Assembly: GCF_009834535.1 (NCBI RefSeq)
Contig: NC_045697.1
Span: 20,214,001-20,278,000 of the forward strand
Origin: Camelus ferus
Taxonomy: Eukaryota
Length of the DNA stretch: 64,000 nucleotides
Reading direction: 5' to 3'
The translations under genes and the position numbers were made by a program. This document shows, piece by piece, positions 40,603 to 51,950 of the stretch. A model generated the notes under the pieces. The model searched no databases. It worked only from the letters and a program-made list of their open reading frames with translations, and was not told the origin of the DNA. The first letter of the stretch is position 1. Each line of letters opens with the position of its first letter.

Positions 40603-42099
40603 ACGGAAGTCCAAAGTTTCCATCATAAACTGTCATCCAAGTGGATGTGTTTCATTGTCAGGTACTATTATGGTTAATAGCTCAGACAATCATTATTTAA
40701 ATAAGTTAGCATTCACGTACTCCTGGTCTTTCTGAAAGACTAATAATAATAATAACACATTAGTTTTACTTAGTATCTTGGAGAATTCAAAGGGTTGGAC
40801 TTTTTTTTTTTTTCCTTTACTGAGCGAAGAAATTACCAACTGAAAATTTGATCGTTTTATACTATCCAAATTTGGAATCACTATCATATATTAAGTAGTG
40901 CTACAGTCCTTAGATTCCTGGCCAGAGTGACAGTCATAGAAAAGAGCAGAAGTGTACATCATTAATAAGCATTTGAGCAGTCAACGACCTACTGCACATT
41001 AGCACTTAGAAGCGTAATTGTGCGTTTCATATGTTTCTATCCATTCACAGATGAATTATGGTTATATTAGGGATGGTGTTGAAAATTAAGTTAAATCATC
41101 ATTTTGAGTCTTCCTTATTCCACAGAAAATAATGAATAAGAATAAGCTTGACCAAGAGCTTCAAAAAGATAGATTAGAAGCTGACACCAGCCGCCAGTTT
41201 TATTGCTTTTGTTGTAATTTTAACTAGTTGCCAATTTAACGTTTAAAAATTATACAAATTGGTAACACTGAACCCACATGCTAGCAAAGCAACAATTACC
41301 TGGGAACTGGATAGTTTAGGAACAATGTAGACCCAACCCCCCTATACCTGACTTGCTTTCCTTAAAATTTTCTTCCTACTGTCCGTTGCTACTTTTATCA
41401 TGATTCTTGAAATTGAACAAAAAAGAGACCCTGTCTTTCTTTAGTTTGTGTTGTATGTAACCTTTTAACATCATAAAACGGTAGGTGGGAAGGTTTGGGG
41501 AGTGCAAGCACCTAGAGGAGGATTACATCTATTTAAGAATTATTATCCTCAAAATAGGCTATGCTGATAAATTACTTAAGAAAATTGTTCAAAATATGAA
41601 GGCCAGAGCCCCACCATCTGCAAATTCTGACTAAATAAGTTCAACATAGTTAGCAAGAGTCTATTTTTAGTGTGTGTCCTAGATATTTAAATCCAAGTGT
41701 CTTAAACCATTGTCTAATCACAAGATGTCTCACAGCAGGAAATATGTTTATACTGTTTTGACATGTGCTTTACTTATGCGTACAACTGTCCCAGTGGCAA
41801 TGTCATTTTTCCTATCGAAGTGCTTAGTGACTCTCAATTTCCAGCCCATCAATAACTGCATTTGGGCATTCAATCTGAATATGTCTGAATCTGAAATTCA
41901 GCCTGCCCTCACAAAACATAAAACAAAACCGACTATGGTTCTCTGTTCTACAGTTCAACGGCTGGTACTAGCAGCCCTCGTTTGCCCAAGTTAGAGTCAC
42001 TTCAGGCACCCTGATTTGTATCCTTTGCCTAACTCCCAATGCTCCATCAGTGACTAAATTCATATTGTACTTACGCAGGTCCTGCTAAGTGAATAGTTT

Positions 42100-42740
42100 T
42101 GATGCAGGAAAAACAAATGTGGGGTGTAAGGAGGGCTGTGTCCCAGGTTTCAGTTGAGCCCCTGGGACGTGCCCTACCTAGTGTGGGTCTTTGGCTTCAT
42201 GCAGGAAAGAATTCAAGAGCCACAGTTGAGTAAAGGTAGATTTATTTAGAGAGACATCAAAAGACAAAAGAAAGGCCACAATGTGTGGGGGTTGGGTGCT
42301 CAGATTAGAGTAGAAATAGGTACACACTCCATAGACAAGAGTGTGGGCCATCTCCGAAGAGGGAGAGAGGGGAGCGGCCACAAGGCACTGTGTTGCCAGT
42401 TTTTATGGGCTCGGTGGCTTTATATGCTGGTAAGTGGAAGGACTTAGTCTAACTAGCCTAACTAACTAGGGGAAGGGGCTGGGATTCCCAGGAAGTTGGC
42501 CATTTCCCTCTCTTTGACCTATTGTGGCTAGCCTTGGGACTGTCATGGCACCTGTGGGCATGTTATTCACCATGTTAATATATTACAATGGGCTTATAAT
42601 GAAGCTCAAGGTCTACCAGAAGTCAAATCTCCCACTATCTTGAGCCGCAAGGCCTGCTGGAGGTTGAAATTTTCCACCATTCTAGTGTTAATTGCTGTGC
42701 TATTCCTTGAATGGCTGTGCCCTGCCCCCTTCCTGTCTCA
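42100..42740 (-). mobile_element. ERV1-class solo LTR, 641 bp, intact termini
   Basis: TG...CA termini, perfect 4-bp TSD gttt (42096-42099 and 42741-42744), minus-strand TATAAA (~42418-42423) upstream of AATAAA (42241-42246). Confidence 0.88.
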
Positions 42741-43459
42741 GTTTCAAGATGAAAATGCTAACATGAAAGTGCTTTTAATCTATTCTTAACTATTCATAGA
42801 ACAAAAACCAGGCTCCTTATTTCATACACAGATGTAGTTTATAAACAATCTGTCAAACTGTTTTGTCATAGGAGTGCATTAAGGTGCACTTGATAGTTCT
42901 TTTTAAATCAACTCATCATTTTATTTAAATGTTTATTTCAGCTTCACAACATACATCACAAAGTTCAGTAAGTTTATATTAAATTTTTCTTAAGTTATAT
43001 TGAAATAAATGTATATTTTAAAATATTGCTCTGGATAGCTCCTACAATTTTCTGGTATTTGTATAATAAATGTCTAGAAACATGAGAATCCAAGACAGTT
43101 TAATATTTTGCCTTTCCTTCATTCTCAGACTTTTGTCTCTTCCTTTGCTACGTCCATTCCTTCATGCTCTCTGCCCTGCTGAACTATTAGCAATCTCCTC
43201 GTAATTCCAGGTTATTTTATACCTGAATCTTTTACTCAAGTTGCTCTTTCTCCACGAGCTTATGTACCTCATGGATACTGACTCATCTTTAAAGATCCAG
43301 TGTCTGGGTTCTATGCTGTATAAATTTTCTCTTGACTTGCTTTATTCAAATCAATGGTAGATTTGACTTCTTACCATGCTTCACCCACTTTTCTTAACAC
43401 TGGCTCTTTTACATAGTAATCATGGTATTTGTGACACATTTTTAGAAAGATATTGTCTA

Positions 43460-43685
43460 TCAGAGGCACAGCATGATATAATAGCTAAGACATTTGGATG
43501 TAGATTCAGACTGTGTGGTTTCAGTGTCCAGCTCTGACAACCACTGGCCATGTGACACGGAGAAGTTACTTTACTTCTCAGGTGTTTCCTAATCTGCAAA
43601 ATGTGGGTTATAATTTGTTTCATAGAATATGTGATGAGATTAATTCATGCAATGAGTTATAATCCATCAGTGTGGCTAATAACAG
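43460..43685 (+). mobile_element. MIR SINE, near full length
   Basis: 'ccagctctgacaaccactggccatgtgac...gtttcctaatctgcaaaatg' MIR core. Weaker MIR fragments at ~10630-10840, 12295-12400, 14440-14570, 33400-33590, 37280-37435 and 52740-52850. Confidence 0.75.
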
Positions 43686-45209
43686 TAGTAATAATTGTAA
43701 CAATAATTTATTTATTAATATAACACTATGATCTACTTAGAGATTGTATTTTATATGTCTTACTGAATATTGGAAATCTGTTTAATTACCTGGAATTTCA
43801 TAAATGCTTAATTCATGTTTATATAAAAAAATGAATTCATGATTTTATCAGTTAGCATTTAGATAGAATATAGCATCAATAGTTGACTCTTTTGTGTATT
43901 TCTATATCCAGGTATATATATAAACTTTTTGAAAAATAATATCTGGACTTGCAACTTTAAAAGCATATATCCAGATATATCTCTAAGTTCCTGAAGATAG
44001 TTGAGGAAATTGAATTTAATTAATTTCAAGTTGGATCAGTATTTATTGATTGCAGAAGCTTAAATTTGAGATCAAGGCCCTAATTTCCAAAAAGACAAAA
44101 CAGACACATAGAAATACAGGTGCACACTCTAGATAATGTTTATTAGGTTTTTTTTTTCCCCAGGTAGATACAGAGATAAATTCAGATGACTGTGAGTAAA
44201 GGGCATGAGTTACTTCAACCAGTGGAACACCTGTACCTCATTGATTCAGATTGGTTACTTAAATATAATGGTGCGCATACCTGTGTATCAATTTCAATCA
44301 CAGTGTTGTTTTTTTTTTTTTTTTCATTTAAAAGTACAGGAAAAGGCATTTGTTGAAATTCAGTTGTGTGCTTTTCTTTCCTGTTTGAGGTCTACATCAG
44401 TTGCTGAATCACATTCAAATAGGTGTACTTTTTGTTGAAATTTTCACTCCACTAATTATTTGAGTTTAAACGGTCAGAACATCCTAACAACCTGATGCTT
44501 GTTCTGCAGTTGGCCCTGTCACTCTGAACTAATGAAGGTAAATTGTAAAACAATAAATAAATAAACAGCAATTACCCTTGGGTGACATAAGTTCTGCTTT
44601 TAATTACTTTAAAGCAAGCTTTTTAGAGCCAATAATATGAACTCATTGTTTGATAAACACATTGGAAAAACAAGAGCTCTCATTTTGGCTTTTTATAAAT
44701 TTATGAGATTACATTAATGGAAGACCTTAGTCATACAAAGCCTGCTATAACAGAGATGTGTCATCCTGGGGGTAACTCTATAGTAATAGCATTAACTCAG
44801 CAGGAACAAAATGTAATTCTCCAACTTGCTTATCTTGCTTATCTCTGTGGAACAATGTAAGATGCAAAGGGAACTTTAATGAATGTATCTTGTAGATTCA
44901 GGTTCTGACTTCCACAGTTCTGCAGCCTGTACAAATACGATTACAGTAACAAAGTAGGTATGTAATGCATTTGCTTTAATGAAAATGGAAGAGATCTTAC
45001 GGCATCACTCAGTCTGGGTGATACGGATCAAGTACTGTATTCACTTTTGTGTTTACTAACATACTGCACAAAATTTCCCCAAACTAATGATGATGAGGAG
45101 GAGAAGGAGGGTATGTATGTGCTGTACTCAGAGAAGGATGGCCAAATAAGCAACCGATTAAGAATGTTGTTTATTATTTTTAAAGGCTGAATAGTATTCC
45201 ATTGTATAA

Positions 45210-45340
45210 TTGGCCCTTGGAAACCTGAGGATACAGAGGATTAACTGTACCACCTCCTTCTATATAAAGCGCTTGAGCATCTTCAGAGTTTGGTACCCTT
45301 GGGGGTCCTGGAACCAATTTCCCCCAGATATGGAGGGAGG

Positions 45341-45343
<3 letters not shown>
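45210..45343 (-). mobile_element. MER2-like Tigger-derived MITE fragment inside an old L1M 3' fragment, followed by (TG)14 at 45343-45370
   Basis: 'cttgagcatcttcagagtttggtacccttgggggtcctggaaccaatttccccc..gata..gagggaggactg'. Confidence 0.7.
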
Positions 45344-45379
<36 letters not shown>

Positions 45380-45697
45380 ATATATGGCATTTTGTTTATC
45401 CATTCGTCTGTTTTTTTTTAAACATGTTTTAATTGAGTAATAGTCATTTTACAATGTTCTGTCAAATTCCAGTGTAGAGCACAATTTTTTAGCTATACAT
45501 GAACATATGTATATTCATTGTCACATTTTTTTTTCGCTGTGAGCTACTACAAGATCTTGTATATATTTCCCTGTGCTATACAGCATAATCTTGTTTATCT
45601 ATTCTGCATTTTAAAATACCAGTCTGTCCCTTCCCACCCCCCACCCCTTGGCAAACTCAAGTTTGTATTCTATATCTATGAGTCTGTTTCTGTCTTG

Positions 45698-45787
45698 TAT
45701 TTATTTTATTTTATTTTATTTTATTTTATTTTATTTTATTTTATTTTATTTTATTTTATTTTATTTATTTTATTTTATTTTATTTTT
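45698..45787. repeat. (TTTTA)n pentanucleotide repeat inside the L1 3'UTR
   Basis: Read directly. Confidence 0.95.
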
Positions 45788-45796
45788 AAATTTGTC

Positions 45797-46154
45797 ATAT
45801 GAGCAGTCTCATATGGTATTTTTCTTTCTCTTTCTGACTTACTTCACTTACAATGACATTCTCCAGGAACGTCCATGTTGCTGCAAATGGTGTTATGTTG
45901 TCGGTTTTTGTGGCTGAATAGTATTCCATTGTATAAATATACCACCTCTTCTTTATTCAGTCATCTGTTGATGGACATTTAGGCTGTTTCCATGTTTTGG
46001 CTATTGTGAATAGTGCTGCTATGAACATTGGGGTGCAAGTGTCATTTTGAAGTAGGGTTCCTTCTGGATATATGCCCAGGAGCAGGATTCCTGGGTCACA
46101 TGTTAAGTCTATTCCTAGTCTTTTGAGGAATCTCCATACTGTTTTCCACAGTGG
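45797..46154 (-). pseudogene. LINE-1 ORF2p extreme C-terminal remnant
   Basis: Manual translation 'PLWKTVWRFLKRLGIDL..DPGILLLGIYP...CTPMFIAALFTIAKTWKQPKCPSTDD*IKKRWYIYTMEYYSA...PFAATW...SEVSQKEKEKYHM'. Confidence 0.88.
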
Positions 46155-46297
46155 CTTTCCTTGCTTCCCTCTCCCACTCTTACTGATTTAGATGTCTTCT
46201 TTTACAGTTTTGTGTTTATTCTTTTTGTAATTCATGGCAGTTATCTCATTTCCTGTTATGAGTTTATCATTTTTGTAGCATCTTGCTTCTTTTCTAT

Positions 46298-47209
46298 TTA
46301 GAGTAGACCTGTCAACATTTCTTTTAGCATGGGTTTAGTTTTGCTAATAAACTCTTTTAGTTTTTACTTGTCTGTGAAGTTTTTTTTTTTTATCTCTTCT
46401 TCTATTTTAAAGGATAGCCTTGCTGGATAGATTATCCTAGGCTGCATCAGTTTTTCATTCAGGACTTTGAATATATCTTGCCACTCCCTTCTGGCCTGTA
46501 CTGTTTGTGTAGAGAATTCAGTTGAGAGCCTTATGGGGGTTCCCTTGTAACTCACTCTTTGTTTTTCTCTTGCTGCCTTTAGGATCATTTCTTTATCCTT
46601 GATTCCGGCCATCTTGATTATGATATGTCTTGGTGTGGGTCTGTTTGAGTTCTTCCTGTTTGGGACCCTCTGAGCCTCCTGTACTTGGATATCTAATTCC
46701 TTCTTTAGGTATGGGAAGTTTTCAGTCATGACTTCTTCAAATACTTTTTCAATCCCCTTTGTTCTTTCTTCCCCTTGGGTAACCCCTATTATGCTTAGAC
46801 TGGCACGCTTTATATTATCCCATAGGTCCCTTATATTGTTTTCATTGTTTTTTATTTGTTTTTCTCTCAGTTGTTCTGATTGGGTGCTTTCTGTTGTCCT
46901 GTCTTCTAGGTCACTTATTCGTTCCTCTGCATTATGTAGCCTGCTTTGTACAGCCTTTAGGTCAGCTCTCATCTCAGCAAATGAGTTTACTAATTCTACT
47001 TGGTTCTTCTTTATAGCTTGTATTTCATTTTTGACATATTTTATATCTCTAAACACCATTTCTTTTAGTTCCTTCAGTACCTTGATCACTCCTTTTTTGA
47101 AATCTTGATCTAGTAGGCCATCAATGTCTATTTCCTTGATCATGCTTTCAGGGGATTTCTCTTGATCTTTTAATTGGGAGTGGTTCCTCTGCTTCTTCAT
47201 ATTGCTCAT
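46298..47209 (-). pseudogene. LINE-1 ORF1p (coiled coil, RRM, CTD), open for 281 codons, with one premature stop 22 codons before the native stop
   Basis: 'MSNMKKQRNH...RISDLED...IRDLWDNIKR...RPTPRHIIIKM...ILKAAREK...YKGTPIRL...ARREWQDIFKVL...YPARLSF'. TAA at 46364-46366 is followed in frame by KLKEFISKTKPMLKEMLTGLL* ending at 46298. ATG at 47209. Confidence 0.93.
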
Positions 47210-48679
47210 ATCTCTCTGGCACTGTGGCCAGTGGGTAGGTGGGTGGGTAACTCCCCGTCCTGATGCTGCAGTCAGATGCTGCACTTGGGCAAGGCAGGTG
47301 GGCGGATCACACCCCCTCCAAGCACTGTGGTCAGGTGCTGCGTTCCTGCCAGGAAGGTGGGTGGCTGCCCACCCTCTCCTGGCCCTGGTCGCTCTGCTGC
47401 TCTGTGCAGCTGCCGCTCCAGCTCGGGTTGGCACTCCGTAGGCGGGCTTGGAAGACCACGGAACAGCCCTGCCCCTGCTCTGTGCCTCTCAGTTCCTTGT
47501 TTGTCTTGGCAGTGCAAGTTGTCTGAGGTGCCAGGGCAGAAATATCCTATCGGCCTTGTGCTGTAAACAAGTCTCAGTCCTGCCTAGGAGGTTGCAGAGC
47601 CCCTGGGTGGGATCCAGGTCTGTGCCCTGCCCCCGCCCGGGCACTTTGCACAAGAGGAGATGGTGGCTGCTGCTGCACCCCACCTCTCTTCTTGCGAGAA
47701 GTGCCAGTAATGGCGCTGCGGGTCTGAGGAGACAAAGGCTGTGGTGACCCTCCCCCCAGGGCACACCAGCCATATCGCTTTGCTTTTTTTTTCCAATTTA
47801 TGGGGGACCGAGGTTGTTCTGCTCTGTATCCCCTCCCAGCAATGGCGTTCAGCACCCTGCAGTCCCCTGGGGTTGCCTCAGTGCAGCCACCCCGGTCCTC
47901 CACCCAGCTTGGGTGGCCTGTCCCGGCCCCCAGCTGCCAGCTCATGTCTTAGGCTGGGTGTCACAGGGACCCTTTGTGACTGTTTAACTCCGTTCTGTCA
48001 GTCAACGGGTGCTCGCAGCAGATCTTAGCCTCAGAGGCTCCCCCTCTGTCCTGCTGGACTCTCTGTTGGAGAGGGGAGACCCAGCAAATGAGCGCCAGTT
48101 CTCCTTTGCCACTCCTCCCCATGGGACCAGTCCTGCACTATTTTTTTTTTTCTTCTTTCTTTTTTCCTTTTCTCCTACCAGATTTTTGGCATCTTTGTCT
48201 TTTGAAGAGGGCAATGTTCTGTCGGAGTTTGGCAGGTGCTCTGCTTGGCTGAGTGGGTCCATAGATGTGAGTTTTGGTGTATTTGTGGGAAAGGGTCAGC
48301 TACAAGCATCCTTCTACTCCACCATCTTGCTTCTCTCTCCTATCCATTCATCTGTTGATAAGCATTTCTAAAATTGCCAAATTCATAAAATCAAAGATTG
48401 GAATGGTAGTTACTAGGGACTGGGGAGAGGGGTTTTCAAGTAAACAACTGTACTTTGGATTTTGGATTTAGACATAGCATGATTGAAAGGGATCTGGAGG
48501 TTAAAACATACTGAGCAGATTATTGGAGAATATAATATTTAAAAATAAGTTTGTCCCAAGCTTTCCATCTTTTGGGGCCCCCTGTAATAGTCTAAACTCG
48601 TTCGTTTCCACTTTTTCAACCCGTTTTTTTATCATCTTATTCTACTTGAGTATTTGTCTCTAGCACTCCACTGTATTGT

Positions 48680-49740
48680 TCTCATTAAAGTCACCAAACT
48701 GGTGATTAGTTTTCTGTCTTCCTTTTACCCTACCTCTCAGTAACTTCAGTTATGACAGACTAGACCTTCTCTCATGCTAATATTTCTATTCTTTGCTTAA
48801 GGGAGATGACAGTTTCTAGAATTCCCCCTGACCTCACTGTCCACCTCTTTATCTTATTTACAGACTTCTCTTTTTAAAGATCAGAGTAGGGTATCTCAGG
48901 GATCTTACTTTGGCACTCCTCTGTTTTCACTCTATGCTCTCTTCCTCTGTGATCTCATTCTCTTCTATGCATTTAATACTGCTATCTCCCAGATCGCTAC
49001 TCTTGACTTCACCATCTTCCATAACCTACATTGTATCTGCAACTGGCCATCTTAAATGAGACAAATCTTAGCTTCTCAAAGGCCTTTCTTATCTTAACAT
49101 ATGTTATCATAATCTACTCTCTTGTATTTATCGAAAACTTAAGAGTTATGTTTAATTCCTCTCTTTCCTTCATACACCAAATCTAATCTATTGATGAACA
49201 TTTGACTTTAGTGTCAAAATATATTTTTAAGATGATTATCAAATATATCATATTCATTCTCCTTTTCATCAAATTCTCTACAACCACCATCATAATCATC
49301 ATCAGACCTCACCAGGACTGCTTCAAACTCTAATAGACCTTACAATTTAAAATTTTTTGTTCCACTACAATGCATCCAGTATTAAGCAGTCAATTTGGGT
49401 ATTCTCAGGTGCAAATTAAATGATGCCATCTCCTTCAATGGTTTATCAAGATGATAACAGAAAAATTGAACATTTAAGTGAAGGCCTGGAAAGCCCCACA
49501 ATGTTCATTCCATATGTATTTGATCTATTTCTTTTTATCCTGTACTGCCTAAGCTACTTTCCTTTTTTTAACTTCAAACGTTCCAAGTTTATTCCTGTGT
49601 TAGGTTTTCACCCTTGTTAGTCTGTAAGCTTTGAATACTCTCTCCCCGATCTCATGAATGCCACCATCTTCTCATCAATTTGATTTGATTTTGATTTCCT
49701 CCCCAGTGTCACTTCTCTTGAAAGGCCTTCCCTAAAATTT
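48680..49740 (+). mobile_element. L2 fragment
   Basis: 'ctcattaaagtcacca...ggcactcctctgttttcactctat...gtgatctcattc...gtcacttctcttgaaaggccttcccta'. Confidence 0.65.
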
Positions 49741-49744
49741 TAAG

Positions 49745-50090
49745 GATATCCTCTGCAGTTTTTTTGGAGCTTTCTGTATGTATTGTGTCCTCTCCTGTAG
49801 TGTTTTACCCCACAGATATTAACTGCCTCCTCCTCCTCAATCTCAGAGTTCTCCCTAATCCAGTGAGACCACCAAGCTTTGTTTGAATTTCTGCTTCTGC
49901 TTCAAAGCCATACGCATGGGCTTACCTTTCCTGATTACCACCTCCCAGCCCTCAGAGAACATAGTCCTGCACTGCTGGTAACTACTATCTATAATTTTTT
50001 GTGTTGTAAATTTATCTAGTTTTCCATTTGTTTAAATCTGTAGGGTGAATCTGCTCCATTACTCCATCATACCTAGAAACAGAAACCTCT
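49745..50090 (-). mobile_element. HAL1/L1M-type 5' end fragment
   Basis: 'gtcctgcactgctgg...tagggtgaatctgctccattactccatcat...agaaacagaa' resembles the antisense 5' end of HAL1-type elements. Confidence 0.5.
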
Positions 50091-51834
50091 TAGTGGTTTT
50101 TAGACACCTGCATCCTTAAGGACTTGCTGTGTCAGTTTATTACTAGAAGAAGAAATAAATTATAAGAAAAGGAACCTAGTAGGCATGAGATGTGAATGTC
50201 TTGAGATGTATTACTTGTTTTATGTTATTGTTTTTTTGTATTATATTGTTTTTATATTAAACTTTCCTGTTCTTCTAGCTTTGTTATGACTAAAAAATAA
50301 ATTGAAACTTTAACACCCAGTTAGTAGTGAATAAATGCCACCTAATTATATGATTTATCAACTTTCTTCTTAGACACATGAGAACATGTAGCTTAAGCAG
50401 AGATTCCCTCATTTCTCTTTGCTTTTTATGTTTCTCACACTTTTCTTGTTGAATTGGGAAATTATCAAGTGTGATGATCTTAAAATCCTGTCCTGAAGGG
50501 AAAGCAACATTTCCAGTGATTTTTTAAATGGAAAAATCTACCTGTAAATAAGACTTTTTTGTGTGTGTGGAAGAAATTTAATTTTGCAAAGTATACATGT
50601 GTGTGTTTATCTTTGTGTATTAAGTATTTCATTTAGTTGTTTTGTATATGTTCTAATATAACAGCTTTAATGATAATCTCTATTTTATTGGAATATGATA
50701 TGCATATGTATGTGTAGATTTATAACATATCAATGAGTTTTGGCTAATACAGTTGACATGTCTAGATTTATAATTAGTGACATACTAAAACCAATGTATG
50801 CTGAAAACACATTTGGCTGTATTGATGACTACAAAATGATTGAGTTTATCATTTTCTTTGTTTTCTCGAAATGTATAGCATTTTAAATCATAGTATTAAC
50901 AAACACAGATGTATTCTGAAGAATGTTGTCAACTTTTAGCATCATGATTACTGGAAAAGATAGTTAAGAAGGTCCATTTTCTAGTTACTACTTTTGAATA
51001 TGTTGAATTCATTATTTTGACTCATACCATAAATGTATACTAAGGAAGCCACGTGAATAAAATATTTTGTTTTCAATGTGGAGACTACAAAAAAAGCATC
51101 TTTATTTTCCAAGGTTAGAAACCTAAGCTATGCTTAGGACTCAAATGAATCGTAGCAATTCTGAACACCCTTTATAAGGCTTGAAGGAAAGGATTTCTAT
51201 TGTGTTTCACAGTTGGTGTTTCTTATACTGTGGATTAAGTCTAGTGGTGGTGATTCCTCCTGGCTGACGGTGCAGCCATTACCCAAGAATGCTTGTGCTT
51301 CTGAGAGAATTCAGCCACTTCTCAGGAAAATCACAAAGCTGCCACTTCCATAAAGCTCCTGTTTCTGGCATCATTACTACAGATACTCTCTACACTTAGT
51401 GAGAATCAGGGACCAGGGAGAGATTAGGAGAAGTATATGGGATGTGCAGCCACAACGCTGGAAATTAGCACAAATCTACCCTGTGTTGCCCTTGTGATGG
51501 GACTTGCGGAAGCGAATTAATATTGATCCTATTGTGTTGTGACCATGCTGAGAAGGTTGTGGTAGGTTGCCTTTGATCCAGGCAGAGCAACATACCAAGC
51601 TTCACTCATTGACTGCTCACCTTGAGATGGGCTGGCTCAGCCTTGCAGGAGTGGGGAAGTGGCATATCTGTGGTGTTGTCATTTATTTCCCCATGTGACA
51701 TTTTAATACTCTGTGTTTCAGCAAACTTACTTTTCTTTTCCCTGCCCCTACCATAACTGTGAAAGAAGGTATGTAATGATTATCCCTTTAATTCCAGTGC
51801 TGAAAACTGTATTTTAGCTTTTTTCTAATATGCT

Positions 51835-51950
51835 TGAAAATGAATATGTGTATGTTCCTATATGACTGAAGTATTGTGCTGTACACCAGAAACTGACACA
51901 GCATTGTAAACTGACTATACTTCAATAAAGATATATTTTAAAAAATAAAA
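51835..51950 (+). mobile_element. Young 5'-truncated L1 3' end, 116 bp
   Basis: 'aatgaatatgtgtatgttcctatatgactgaag..ttgtgctgtacaccagaaa...ttcaataaa'; 9-bp TSD taatatgct (51826-51834 and 51951-51959). Confidence 0.88.

Larger units (their letters stand above)
45413..48340 (-). mobile_element. Young L1 derivative, 2928 bp: full 5'UTR, ORF1, part of inter-ORF spacer, last ~120 codons of ORF2, 3'UTR and polyA; nearly all of ORF2 missing
   Basis: 16-bp TSD tatccattc(g/a)tctgtt at 45397-45412 and 48341-48356; minus-strand 5' 'caagatggtgg' motif; ORF1 and ORF2 C-terminal translations; junction at 46156/46157. Confidence 0.93.

Noticed and set aside
46728..47108. 126-aa plus-strand ORF
   Set aside because: Antisense shadow of L1 ORF1.
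47202..48471. Many overlapping 65-123 aa ORFs on both strands
   Set aside because: All lie in or overlap the GC-rich L1 5'UTR, where stops are rare; no recognisable protein similarity.
51215..51700. GC-elevated segment that may be an old LTR
   Set aside because: No termini, TSD or family could be recognised with confidence.
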